Of a stretch of 64,000 bases of DNA, positions 50,506 through 64,000 are shown piece by piece. The notes under the pieces are model-generated. The model was given only the letters and a program-made list of their open reading frames with translations, was not told where the DNA came from and did not search any database. Source of the stretch: Styela clava. Its lineage: Eukaryota. The position numbers and the translations under genes were made by a program. Where the stretch lies: assembly GCF_964204865.1 (NCBI RefSeq), contig NC_135264.1:11098001-11162000 (forward strand). Direction: 5' to 3'. Positions within the stretch are counted from its first letter, which is position 1. Every line of letters begins with the position of its first letter.

Positions 50506-53500
50506 ATGTCACGATTTTTCGTTGGCAGGAAAACGATATTTGCCTTTGTTGTTGTATTAGTGATGAGATATGTTATGCATGTAAACATAACTGTACGTGG
50601 TCGAAAAGACCTTTCCTCACAATACTTTGACATTGGGATTCCACCACAAATGAATTTCAAGGATGAAAGCGAAACAGAGACTACAAATCGTCAACAAGAC
50701 TTCAAACATTTAAACGTAAAGGTCGCAGAAAATGATTTAGAGATAGAAGCACCTGGAACAAAATGCGCGGATAAAAAAATAAAATGGAATGATGGGACCA
50801 TTCCGAAATATGTTATGAATCCGAATCTGTTTCTTATTCCTACACTACAGAATGGACCTAATAATCAAATCATTGGACTGCAACAAAGTATTTTGGTTGC
50901 ATTGCTACTAAACAGGTAAGGTAATGTTATTTGTTTGTCTGTTTTCAGAATAGATCTGATACAAAAATAGAAAAGGTACGGACAGTTATAAATTGTCAAA
51001 GAATAAATTACGAAAACAAACGAAATAGGGTCGCTCTGAAGATTGATTTATTCAAATAATATCTGTAGCAAGTAGAGGCATTGTTTCTAAACGTTATTCG
51101 TATACTTTATTCTTGTTAACAAAGTTGCTGATATTTAGGTGCAAATAAACAAAACCTTAGTCGGTCAGCTTGCTTGTTTATGAGCTTCTAAATTTAACAT
51201 AAGATTGTCTTCATTTCCGACTAATTTAAAACGTGTATGATAAACGTCCGCTCTGAAATTGTACTGTTTGGCCATGTCACTTTCGCCGAGGTACTTCTCT
51301 TGGTTTAGAGATGTTATTTATCGGCACAATTTACCGACTAATGCAACCGCCAATGTGCCATAGTGCAATTCCTAATCCTAAAACCCCCCTGTACTCGCCA
51401 TTACCAATAAATATTCCCACAATTTTTCACTTTTTATATCAAGTTACACGTGCAAAAATGTCTTGTTAAATAAAATAACTCTGAAAAGAATTTTGATTGA
51501 GGATGATATATTTTCTGAGTACATGAACATGGACAAAAACGTAAATGACGACTGTGTCCAAATTATAAAATTCTTTTGATTACGTATTTCGTCGGAAGGC
51601 AGAAATTATACTTAATTACCGACCGTGAGTTGCGCGCTTCTTAAGGTATATATTTTAGCAGCATGCTTGCTTGGTGAAATATCGCCAGTCCTAAACTAAA
51701 ACTAACGAGTGATCACAATCTAACTTAATTGACTGTTACTAAATATCGGCTGACACGAGCGTTAAAACGAAACCAAGGAAAATTGGGTACTCCCGTAGTA
51801 TGTGTACCAGGTAAGGGTTAGGCCATGCTTTTATTCCGATTTTCCTTATTTTAGTTCCATTACGAGTTCGAGGACTGTCTGTTGTAGCCAAGTGAATAAA
51901 CCCCCTGCCCATAGATTTCAGTCCCGTTACACAACTTGATGTAAATTAAGTGAACAAAATTAGTTACCTCCATAAGTTACCTCGCGAAGTGGTCACAGTC
52001 ATTGCAAAAATGCTAACACAAATAATGTGATGAAATACGCAATCATAGCTAACGTCATAAATATCCAAATCTATTCCATATATGGCGATGAATCACAGTT
52101 CAGAAAGTGAAATAAGAATGTTATACTGCTTATAAAGCCCAATCCAGTTGTTACAGATCGCTCAAATTTAATTTAAAACAACCACAAAATCTAATATACA
52201 TGTTAAACCTGTTGATTTACTTCTTCTGATATTAAATTTGTAACCATAAGCCATACCCCGGGGTATTTGCTGTCAGTATTAACTTTGCTAACGATACAAA
52301 TTGTATGTTTGTATGGTTATTACAAAACCGCAATGCTTTCAAGGATTTTGTTTAGGATTTAAAGTAGAGTAAACTAACAGAGAAAACTTTTTTACCAGTT
52401 TATTTCTTTAGCTCAAATCCCGCACTTTATTTGAGAGGAAAAAGTTAATTTGTTTTTCTAGCAACTTAAAAATATTGATATTTTTTGTTTTTTTTTGCTA
52501 CCAATAAAATTGTTACTGTTACAGGACTCTTGTTCTACCACACTTTTACGAGCACGCAATGTTGGGTGTAACGTTCCGAAATATCGTTCAACCAAAGTAC
52601 AGAATAAATGTTCAAAAACTACGGCAATTTATATCTGTTATACCACTCAAAAAAGCTGTCAAATTGTGCAATTCAAAATTCGATGCTGTTTTTACCACAA
52701 AAGGAACAAAAGTCATGGTTAGATTTTACCTTTTAATATGAATTTATATTACATTATTTTGATCAAAAATTGAAAGGATGCCAGATCTTTCACATAAAAT
52801 GCTATTTCGTCATCCTCATTTTTATTATCATGTTAATGCATCAGCTAAATCACCCAAATTACTGTTATTATTAATTTTTGAAACTGTTCAAAGCAAGAAT
52901 TAGGAATTTACACCTAAAACACTTACCATAACCTCACTTTACAGCTGGCAGCCGCTCAAAAGTTAGTTCTCATTGAAATGGAAACAGGATTATCAGCAGC
53001 AAACTATGTGAAAGGTGTAAATAAGCACGCCCTAGATGAGCTTGAGCGTTATGTCAGAAGGAACAAACAAACAACAGACGGTAGGAAATATGAAAAAGTG
53101 AAAATGAAAGCACATATTTCATTTCAAAATGTCACAAATAAAATTGTTGAAATGATTTATGCCTTTCCTTCATACAAGGTTTTAGAGGTGCCGTCTCTAA
53201 TGCTTATATGTAACTCATAATTTTAAGCAGAAATTTTAAGTCAGGCTTACACGCTAAGACAAAGTGTTCACAAAGAAACGAACAAACTGCAAATATTAGG
53301 ATAATTTTAGTGGTGAATGATGTTATTTTCCAGAAGAAGGTCTTTGAAAAAGTAACATTCCATTGTGAAAGAAATCACTTACTGAAAATACCACAGTCGA
53401 ATTGTAGGAATTGTGACGGTTAATTACTTCCAATACTAAATGAGTAATAACTGTCCGTCGTATCAATAGTTTAATTATATAGTACGGAACTAAACCGTGG

Positions 53501-56500
53501 TCTGAACAACACCAAAAGTAAACGTAAACTAGAATATGCGCCTATAAAGAGGTCCTCAACTATAGCATCTAACGGATACGGATAAATGATTGGTTTTGAT
53601 CTACATTTCGCAATGAATACCACCATTGATTCTTTAATACACGGGTATTCATTAAAGTCTTTATATTTTTTAAATTGCAAAGAGGATTATCGATACCACA
53701 TATAGTTTTGTGGTCCTTACCGGCAAAAAAGGTAAAAAATAACTTGAACAAACTTGAAAAAAATGACGCAAACCAGGTTAAGATATATTGAGAACTGACT
53801 TCATTGAAAACTTGAAATTGTAGCGGAACTTGAACGACTCTCAGTATTTGCACTTTATTTTATGATAGCTTCCCAAACAGCAAATTATTTTCGATTGTTT
53901 TTGAGTTACGTGTCTGTGAAAGTGGACGATATTTTGAAATCATATGATGTTTAGTTACCAGTATAAATTACTTTTTATGGCAGCTTATATTTTATAATTA
54001 ACCTGTAGAGTAGATGAACCTAGTCACTCGCAGTGACTTTCCATTGTATCTTCAAACCTAATTATGACGTCAAATTACAAAATTCAATAACCTTCCTCTT
54101 ATTGAGATACGAAACACGTCAATAATCGAAAAATATAATATTTCTTGAAAGGGCAGAGAAATATTTGGCATTGGCATAATTTCTATGTTTTACTTACACA
54201 GTGGATCTACTTTCGCAACGTTGGTGGCCACATAGCCCGTCTGATTCTCAATGGATGTACAGGATACTAAATCCAGGTAAATGAGTGATCATTTTACGAT
54301 GATGATATTTGAGTACATATGGGAAGTAAGTCTTTGACTCAGAAGACCAATTTATATGTTTTGAAATCCTGCGTAATCACAATCTGATTAGCCGACAGGG
54401 GCAAATGATAAGGCAGTCAAAGTCGTTTGAAGCTCATAGTCAAATTAGTAGAGGCTTTGATACCGGTAAGCCGACACTTGGGTCAAATTACAACCTCATG
54501 GTAGCTTAATGGGGCTATTATGATAACGCTTTAGATATTAGCGTTGCAACAAGCCGTAAATCAGCAGTGTTGTGAGCGGATTCACTTATGAGAGATCAAA
54601 ACCCGGACGAATAAATTCGGTTAATATGTAAAAAGTAATAATATCAACTCCAAGACACGAATAAGCCCACTCAGCTGAAATGACCGCGTGTAAAATGTGT
54701 TATACAAAATTGTTCACATGTAGGCTTGCACGTAATTTACAAATTTACGGAATTACGGAATTATTTCGAATTACGCAAGCGAAGTCACGAATTACGTAAA
54801 GTCGTAATTATTGGTCGAGCGCTTTCGCGATTGAAACGAGCTCTCTTCAGAGCAGTCAATTCCGTCGATTGTAAAAAATTAAAGTTTAAGTAAAAGAAGT
54901 TAGAGTTCCGGTATTCGCAGCCGTTTTTCTCTCTCTTGTTAGGCAGATGGGGAGGGCATAACGCGTCATTTACTAACCTATTATCAACTTAACTAAGATG
55001 GCCAATGTACATATTAACCGTAAATAAGGAATAGAATTGTGTCGAGACCGATGGACGCCAACACACCTGGTTTCAACTTCTTCGGGTGAAATGAGTGAAG
55101 AATGTAAGAGATCAACTTATAAAACATGGTCTATTTGTAAATGTCGTGATAATTAATGTCGCGCTTATCAAACAGCAAGAGACGGAAGAGAAATTGCGTA
55201 ATGAACCAACGCAACTTAGTCCTTTCGGCATCGGTAAAGCGATTGAGACGGCAGAGAAACAACATTACGACGGGATTTCCCGTGTTTATTCTGCGCGAAA
55301 TCCATTTTCTATTACAAAATCTTGATGTTCTGTTACCGGTTTTATCGTTATATATCTGTCCGGACTTGGCATTGCTCAATATGTTTTTCACAATGCCTCG
55401 CAAATCGCAATATGTCGGCCAAATATGATTACCTGTCTTTACCAAATGCGGCAACTTATTTTGATTTATCGTCGACCTGAATACCACCGGCACTCGACCA
55501 AACTTGTGTCAATCTTGGCAAATAGGATTGTCGACTTGAGTTAGAAAAATAAATTAATATTTTCATGAGTGCAAAATAAATGTCACAAAATGCATTGTTT
55601 TGCGATATAACTTTGTATTTTCGGAGAAGGCATGTCATATAAGTACGGTATTTTAAATAATGCGCAAATAATTAATATTTGATCTAAATTTATCGTAAAT
55701 AATGTTATAACATTTAGGCCGCGAAATGATTTAATGTAAAATGAAGCATGGAATTCGGAATATCGTCAATAAGTCGGCATCAATAATTATTATAAAATGC
55801 TAACTAAGTAGTAAAGTCGGATATTGTAAAAAACGGTGAAATAACAAGTCTTCGTCGCGAGGCAAGCGAAAGTATAATCAAACGAGAGAATACGCTTGTA
55901 GTTGATTAATAAATTAGCAACCCGGAATTTTTATTCAATATGAAAGTCGTATTAATACGTCAATACGATTTTAAAAAAGTGAACTATCGTTTCTTAAATA
56001 TATTACCAGTGTTGGTAATGATAAAATTGATCGCATAAAATTTGGTGATAAAGTTGATAAAGGAAAATCAAAGCTAATACAAAAGATAAAAATCAGAATA
56101 AAATTATTTTGAATTCACTCCTTGATATTTGTCTTTAACATCTGTCTCCGGCGTGTGGTACTGCCGGGAATATGAAAACCAAACTTCGATGTCCCATTCG
56201 GAATAGAAGTGGATTAAATTGGTTGGTATGCTAGGTTTAAATGTGTGAAAAAAATATCGCAATTACGGGGTCATTACGTAATCGATTTGGCCGTAATTAC
56301 GGAATTGATTTTTGTCAATTACGTGCAAGCCTATCACATGTAATTTAATTTTGGAAAATATGTTTTCTTATAAACTCAGAGATACGCCCATCCTAGAAAG
56401 GTGTTACCAATGTGCCCGACGGGCGACTCTGTGAAACGCCAGCGCTTGCTTAACACGGATAACCTATTCCGTGAAGATGACTAATTATCATGAGACTTAA

Positions 56501-59254
56501 TTAATTACTGAATTATTCACGTAATCTCTGCAATTGACAATTTGAAGGAATATGAAACATTACAAAAATAAGGGACAATTATGGGGCTTGTTTTATTAGA
56601 AAAATTTGTCATAAAAGTTCTCATCTAATGTGGGAATTCAAGAACTGCTGTAAATTGATAATGATATATCGACGTACACTTGATATGTTATTTTAGTAAA
56701 CAAGATAAAAACTGATGAATATATCGTGTATTAAGTATACGCGATTATTATCAAAGGCATACCAGAATTGGAATAACGTTTCCATTTTTTTTTTCAATCA
56801 GATCACCCGGTATCAGTTCCTCTGTATCCAAACTTCAGTCCAGCAGATAAACAAGTTGAACTGGAGGACGTACCGACAGCTTACAAAACTAATGATAAAT
56901 GTGCTTTATATTGGTTCCCGTTCAGAGAATTTCACATCGATTTTCCATATCAAGGTAAGTTTTTCTTATCAAAAATATCAACAGTGTGGTGTTCTTGCGA
57001 GTCTAATCGAAGTAACTTCATTACGATGAATTGTAAAAATAATGATTTTTCAGTCATAATAACACGCTTGTCGTTTTTTTGTTTGTTATAATATTATATT
57101 TCCGAATCAAGCATTGCTCCAAACAAGCCCCAGGCAAAGGGTTCAATATTGGTATGTAGTTACTACGTTTAGAAGAAATATCGCCGCGATATGACCTACC
57201 TCGGAGTAGGGATGGCGGAATCGAGTCCGGATTCGATTACAGAATCTATTCTTCGCGGAATCGACTAGAATCTCGAGTTTGAAACTTGGATTGCAAACAA
57301 TGTGTAACGTTTTGGGGCAATTCCTTCACATATATGTATAAACTGCTCCACTGCTATGATGAGTTGCTACGACGCCGCAAACTTCACTATATATATATAT
57401 ATTTCGCTAGAAGGCTTTAACGTTTATTCATTTTAAAAATGTCTGTGGGTTCTGAGGCATTCGCTTTTTTTTGTGCGATTTTGTCTCCTGTGACAGATTG
57501 TATATCCATACTATTTAGTTTCGGCCTTCTTGTCCGTCCAGAATTTGAACATCGCTGTCTTGCTTGATTTCATATGGTATTGCTTGGGTGGGTATGTTTT
57601 TTCGGTAATATGTCGAGGAATCGAGATTCGCAATCGAGAATCGGAATCGAAAATTTAGGAATCGGATAAGAATCGAATACTTGTAAGTACTCATACTTGG
57701 CATCCTTACCTCGGAGGCGAGTGAGGTAATCCCCAGTTTATGAAGTCACAGTTCACTTGGACTAATATTCGGAGTTTAAAATTCAATACCCTTTTGTTTT
57801 CTCATTTCACAGATGCATTAACAACAACGAAAGTAAAAGATTTACAAAATATTAACCAACAGAAAGCATCAATAATACACGGAGACATTCTCAAATATTT
57901 ACAACCACCCGAGCCAGTACAAGTATGGGCAGATGAATTTCGTAAACAAGCACTTCCACGGGATTATATTGCTCTTCATTGGAGATTTGACGAAGAGGTA
58001 AGTCTCTAATGTCTATTAATCTAACAAATTTACTGAAGGCAGTTCACAGCAGATTTTATAAAACCTTATTTACAATTTTGATGAGGATGTGGTTGGTGTA
58101 TGGATTCTTTTCCCCCTCAAAGACAGTTGAGTTAAATTCAAGAGCTAGCACTAATAGTTTGGTCAGTGCTGTAACAAAATAATGATAATCTGTATGGCCA
58201 TCGATCGTAATTTTTGCTCAATTTCTACTAGTTCGTGTTTAAAAAAAAAATCCAAATTTGTATACAGCGCAAAGTAGAATACGAGCATTTTTCTGTTTCT
58301 TATGTCAATACCAATAAATATATATATTGAAATGTAAGTATTTTTTCCTGTTTCAGGATTTCTTCGACTATTTGTGTAAAGAAGGATTAGGACGAAACGA
58401 ATTTTGCGAAGGTGTGAGGCGAGCTCACAATGCATCAGCCATTGCGACATCAATACTGAGACGGACTTATGATATAAAGAAAGAAGTTGGGAAAACCACA
58501 ACTTCGTTATATTTTGCAACACCTCCAACAATAAAAACATTGGTGGATGACATAAAAACAATATTAAATAACAATAATCTTGTTCGTAACATTTTACAAA
58601 ATTTGAAAATTTTTGAAGAAGTTCAACCACCCATTGTGATATCAGTTAAAGATTTGAAAAGCTTTCTTCAGCAAAGGCACAGGTATGAAATCAGTAATGT
58701 CATCAGTAGAAATTGCAAAAGGTAAAAATAAAATTTTAGGAAATTTGAAAAGATTTTATTATTATCTTGAAGCTGATTAAAATGCAATATTCGTATATAC
58801 TCGTATGCAATATTCCTATTCGTCGCGACATAGCATCTGACAATTCTAATCATTTTTTGCATTGTACATTGCGCTTGATCGACAATATATCTCTTGTGTT
58901 ATTTCCCTGAAAATCAAACTCACTGTTTTTATGGTAGGGGCATTCAAAAGACGACTGGAGACATATCCCATCCCCATTTCTAACGAATCTTTTCATGTCT
59001 CCTTGTTCAGTGGATGTGACATGACGGATCCGCGACAACTTCCTGATACAATCTCCCAAATTGAGATGAAGCTGTGCGAAGAGAGTTCTTCATTTTTATG
59101 GTCTCGTCAAAGTACTTGGTCTAAGAATGTCCTCGTGCAGAGATATCTTTCGAAAGGAAGAACAATCAAAGAGCAAGATTTTTCTGTTTCTGATTATACC
59201 TTAAAAATTATGGATGGAAAATTAAAAAAGAGAAAAAAGTTTAAATTTATTTGA
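50506..59254 (+). CDS. GDP-fucose O-fucosyltransferase family (POFUT-like, GT-B fold), type II membrane protein
   Basis: Exons 50506-50915, 52525-52717, 52945-53080, 54202-54276, 56802-56954, 57813-57997, 58357-58721, 59011-59254. N-terminal TM; motifs NGPNNQ...ALLLNRTLVLP, DYIALHWR, IEMKLCEESSSFLWSRQSTWS. Confidence 0.82.
54721..56333. mobile_element. 1.6-kb non-autonomous DNA transposon in a fucosyltransferase intron
   Basis: 17-bp perfect TIR TAGGCTTGCACGTAATT / AATTACGTGCAAGCCTA; TCACATG duplicated on both flanks; clustered AATTACG subterminal repeats at both ends. Confidence 0.85.
57207..57708 (-). mobile_element. hAT-type MITE, copy 2, intronic
   Basis: Ends TAGGGATGGC...GGCATCCTTA; perfect 8-bp TSD CCTCGGAG at 57199-57206 and 57709-57716. 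Confidence 0.92.
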
Positions 59255-61986
59255 AGAAGTGATTTGATTTCATTTTACTCTATGAAATTTCTTAAAACGC
59301 ATTGTGAATATCAATGAGACACTGTAACATAAAAAAGCAAAACATTAACTAATATAATACAATAGTTGTAACTTTTTTCTTCATATACTTTTGCTATCAA
59401 TTATGCCATAGTCAAGTATGGAGTTGATATTAAAAATGGTTGACGCGAAGGAGTGGTTCTGCCATAAACCCTGGTATAATTTTTTCACGAAAATTCGTAA
59501 CGACTTTTTTTAATCATGTTTAATAAGAGGCCTATACTATAATAGTTTATCGTTGTATGCAAATGATCAGTCTGAAATCTTTCTTATCAGATAAAAATAG
59601 CTGGAGAAAACTGACTGTAACTGTTTCACGATGCCTTTTAACTCTTCTGTAATTTGTTATGTTAGTCATTTTAACTTTTATTACTTTCCGTGCAATACTT
59701 TTCTTATTCAGCGTCTTATTTCTGTGCTTATGTGTCATTTATATTGTTTGTTTTATATATTAAGTTACACGCAATAAAATAAAATAAAATTTCAGCATAT
59801 TATTTATTTACACAGTTATAATTTCACACAACAGTCTTATCTTGTAATTCGAGGCATTTTTTATGTTATCTGGTAACGTCCTTATTCGAAGCTCTCCATG
59901 AGTAAAATATTTGTTTGTGCCTATAAAAGAGTAAACACACCAGCATCCCCTTGTAAACATTATTTGATTCCCAGATATCCCTTCAATAAGCGGGTTGTTT
60001 CCAATGAATTCAACCTTGTGGCCTTCCTAATTATAGAAACCAAATAGGCCTAGGGATCTTTATGATGTTGTAAAAAATCGGTTTCTCTCTAAGTGCGAGA
60101 CCAATTGAATTTAAATTTTTAGTAATTGAACCTGGAGACAGTCACTAGAAGGGTATGGTTATTATTATTATTTTTCGAATACGCCAGAAGCCGACATTAA
60201 GTCAAAATGTTGTATTTTATTTAATTCATGAGAACACTGTTATATGAAAACATATCTTCATATGATATCTGGTGGAATTATTTTCATATTTGTCTTGAAT
60301 TTCGCTTACATTTAGATTATCGGTATTTGCTCCATCGTCTTGACTATTTATATAATTTATTTTTTCATGTAGACCTTTAGTCTGGAGTAATGAACGAATT
60401 AATTACACTAACGAGTTTAATTTTGCGCATTATACATACTCAATGACTCAATTTCACATATGTTATATTATCAAAACCTTTAGGTTGATAACATGTAATA
60501 TTAGTTTTTCTACATAAGTCAAATCCTCAACTAAGTAATCGTGATGCTACATACCCTCATCAAATATTTTACGAATGTCTAGGGATGTAGTTAAATAGAT
60601 GAATCTGAGCCTTTTTTATTGTCATAAATTTTAAAATAAACCTGTGATTGACTGATGGATGTGATATTTTTTATTTTTTTTTATTAATGACTTCTTAGCC
60701 ATACTTGAAAGGAATAATGCAAATGCTTACATTACAGGTATCTGTATTGCTTTTAATGAGATGTTTATCTGTATTCGCCAAAATTTTGTCTATGTGAACT
60801 AAAGATTGGAAAGAGGATAAAATGTCAGCGTAACAGAATTTAAATTTAGTGTATTCAGTGCCGGAGGCGTAACGACAAGAATGTAATATTTAGTGTTCGC
60901 TTTTATAGATTTCCAACAAGACAGCATTCGTAAATGCAATATACAGCACAGCATATCAAAACACAAAACACAATATTGTTTTACAACGTAAATCCAATAA
61001 TAATGCCCTTAAGACAATTTACCATTCCAATTTACCACTCGTATAACAAGTTTGTTACAAGTTTTTCTAAAGTGTATTATCTTCCCTCTATCTAATTATT
61101 ATTTACATAATTTTTCCAAATTGCTTTTGCTGTAAATTTCTCTCGATTTGTCTCTTACTAATTCTATTATATATGTTAGCAAAGTTGCGCTCGCTCTCAA
61201 GTTCCCAAAAATATTTGGGTTATAGTCAAAATCTGTTCACTATCATGACTAATGCATAGCCTATGTGTGTAGCGAATGCAGTTACTTTTTACACTAAACC
61301 AGTAACTACACTATAGGTGTCGCTGATTGAAGACCCGACCAAGTCCCTCGCGATTCCTGTTGCACAATTATCGTTACTAGTCTATTTATTTTCTGTACCA
61401 ATCTTTGTTCATTTGTTTTTTATGACGACAAATAAATGATTGGCTGACTGACTAACAAGGATACCAAAATTCTTCGAACGGCCTGATAATATTAAATTGT
61501 GTTTTAGATAGCCGTGCATACATAAACCATACTTGCCGAAACAGTGATCTACCGTATTGTCTTATAACAAAATTAAATGGCTACAACCAGACATACGTCG
61601 TTTTGAAAGTCTTACACTAGTAACAATGGTATCGGTATTGCCTAAACAAATCCCAGAAGAACATAAAAGACTCCTAAAACATTCAAAACATTTGTCGCTT
61701 AAACAAATGGAAAGATTTTTTATATTAAGATATTACTATTTACAAAACATAACTTATTGTCTTGAAAATAATGAATGTATAACCTATACAACTTTCACAA
61801 GATTTTTGAAACAGAACTAGGCGTTATAAAGTGCTAGATTTTGAAAAAAATTCGTATAGAATTGAGGAATAAGAAGTTACTGCTTTTAAAAAAACACGGT
61901 TGGTTTAGTTTTTAATGCGAGGATCAGGCTCAGAATACAAAAACAAGTTCACTGGTATTTGACATGGACAATAGTATTAATACAAA

Positions 61987-64000
61987 ATGAGTTACTCAAA
62001 CATGGGATCGGATGATACACGAAGAAGTTGGTCTGAGCCCCCACATATAGGCAGTAAATATATTTCCGACAAGTCAAAAACAAATCCAGCATCTTCATGG
62101 AGAGATATGGGAGTGCGTAGGACATTTCCTGTAGCATTACATCAAGCAAAACTTGAGCCATGGCACTCGGCAAAAGTCATTAATTATTCACATCGGACAG
62201 CATCACTAAGGTTGTCAAAGCTGAGTATATCAAATAAAAGAAAGGGAGTACGGATAAAAGCTAAGAAGACGATTCTGTCATTGAGAGGTACAGAATTGCA
62301 AAATCCACCTAAAGATCTCTTCGAAATGACAGATTTGGAATCTCTATCTATGAGTCCAGAGAGAGAGTCGTGCTTGGAGGTAAATATAATCTACAGTGAT
62401 GATTTTTGTTACTTTGAGTAAAATATATATTCAATTGACAACTCGAATGAATAAAAATATCAATAAGTTATAATAGCTTATGTTAAAAGCATCTCTAATA
62501 TTCCCTTCGATTTAGCAGTCATTTCTTTCACACTAATTCGAAGCATACTGTGTAACAACTAAGATTTGTTGATATGCTGGATTAGGGTAGATATAAAAGT
62601 TTGGCTAACGATTGGTCAAAGCGTATGCTATGTCATTCTTGTACAAAGTTGTTCGCAATCATTGTTTCACATATTCAGTTCAAGCTGACCGAAGTTCCGA
62701 AAGAGATCAAAAACTTAAACAACCTTCGTCAATTAGTGCTTGACACAAATGAATTGAGAGAAATTCCAAACGAAATATCAGATTTGAATCAACTTGAAAC
62801 ACTCACGTTAAGCAACAATCGACTTGCTGAGTTGCCAGGAGGATTTGCGAAATTGTCAAGTTTACGAAGCCTACATCTTGCTAATAACAGGTAAAACAAC
62901 ATATAGATTGTCTCTCCATTTCATAATGGTAATATCAACCGATATAAATATTGGATGAGTAGAAAAAGTAAACATTGCAAAAACAAAAGTTTGGAATTAT
63001 GTTGTTGAAGTTGGGGAAATAAATTGATGCTATGTTGAGAAAATATTAATAAAGATAATATATATATTTGTTCACAATTTTGTTGTAATATGACCTATCG
63101 CACTTGATTAATTTTCGGTTGGTAATATCCAAATCAATTGATTTGCATTACATTCTTCGAAGATATTCGTTGTTCGACAGGCAATAAGAGCATTTGTTAA
63201 CAAGTGGTCCGTCGATTCATTGTATATAAATTCAATCCGAGCGAATGAATATAGTATTTTGGGCAAAAAAAGCATTTAAAGTTTCAATCAATAGATTATA
63301 ATTAGCCTCTTGTCACGTTAAGTCAAATTTATAATTAGAAAATCTTCAAATCTGGTAGCCTACAATTATAATAGATCGCTATTTTTGTGCATGGAGTGAT
63401 AAGCACATGCAAGCCTTTATTGAAAGGCTGTTAAAAACGCGAAGTCAACTTTTTTTTTGAGTTTGTGTTGAAAATTTAACTTCGATTATCACCTTTAAAG
63501 TCTAAAATCAAGACTCCATGGAATTCGAAATTACGTCTCATTGACGCCAATGAACTCTTGCCCAACTCCGACTCCATATGCGAATAAACGGATAATACAA
63601 ATTTTAGCACTTGTTGGCGACAGGCTAATCATTCTCTTTAACAACATCTAACGACACGAACCAGAAGACTATAGTGTGCTCAAGGTCGGAGAAAATCCTC
63701 ATACGCCATACATGTTCCGAATTCGACTCTGTTTCTGAAATGAGACAAAAATCCTGATTCATTTACCAGTAGTTTCACGATCGGTTTTTAACTTTCGTTT
63801 GATTTTCAATTTTCTACCTTTAAAATCGCCAAGTTTAATTTAGCTGACTGATTGTTACTAATCATGCGTACCGTACCGATGCTTCTTTTTGAAGATTCGC
63901 TGAGTTTCCCAACGAAATTTGCGGGCTGGTCAGTCTCTCGTTTCTGGATCTCAGTGACAACTCAATACGAGAGATTCCTGACGAATTTGATTGGTTATCT
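61987..64000 (+). CDS. Leucine-rich repeat protein (5' part, runs off the window)
   Basis: Exons 61987-62379, 62679-62890 and 63895-end join in frame; LxxLxLxxNxLxxLP repeats (LRQLVLDTNELREIP, LETLTLSNNRLAELP, LSFLDLSDNSIREIP). Confidence 0.88.

Noticed and set aside
49748-57703. Duplicated small protein MPSMSTYKYS... (49748+ and 57515-)
   Set aside because: Both lie within MITE copies and diverge by frameshift; not a gene
36663-64000. Functional link between the CUB receptors, the fucosyltransferase and the LRR gene as one system
   Set aside because: Adjacency alone is weak evidence in an animal genome; the receptors lack the EGF/TSR domains that are known O-fucosylation acceptors

Overview
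AT-rich, intron-rich animal genomic DNA. Short introns, chordate-like genes and the MITE/SINE content suggest an invertebrate chordate such as an ascidian; this is inference only. Most ORF-track entries are exon fragments or noise, so I rebuilt genes by hand from splice signals and phases. In order: a single-pass PPxY membrane protein gene with candidate microexons (- strand, not in the ORF track); a hydroxylysine-kinase-like APH kinase with a GC-AG intron; a ~7.6 kb ancient inverted duplication (about 13.2-20.8 kb) holding two convergent paralogous spliced units with no shared ORF, a conserved hairpin and a central 1.2 kb palindrome with tRNA-like heads; RAD17 (-); a divergent TMEM38/TRIC channel (-); three tandem, highly divergent single-pass receptors with a Cys-inserted CUB-like domain and Tyr-motif (ITIM/ITSM-like) tails; a type II O-fucosyltransferase-family gene; and the 5' part of an LRR gene. 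Several hAT-type MITEs, Helentron-like elements, a SINE and tandem repeats are interspersed. The strongest candidates for undescribed biology are the CUB-TM-tyrosine-motif receptor cluster and the palindromic paired non-coding locus.
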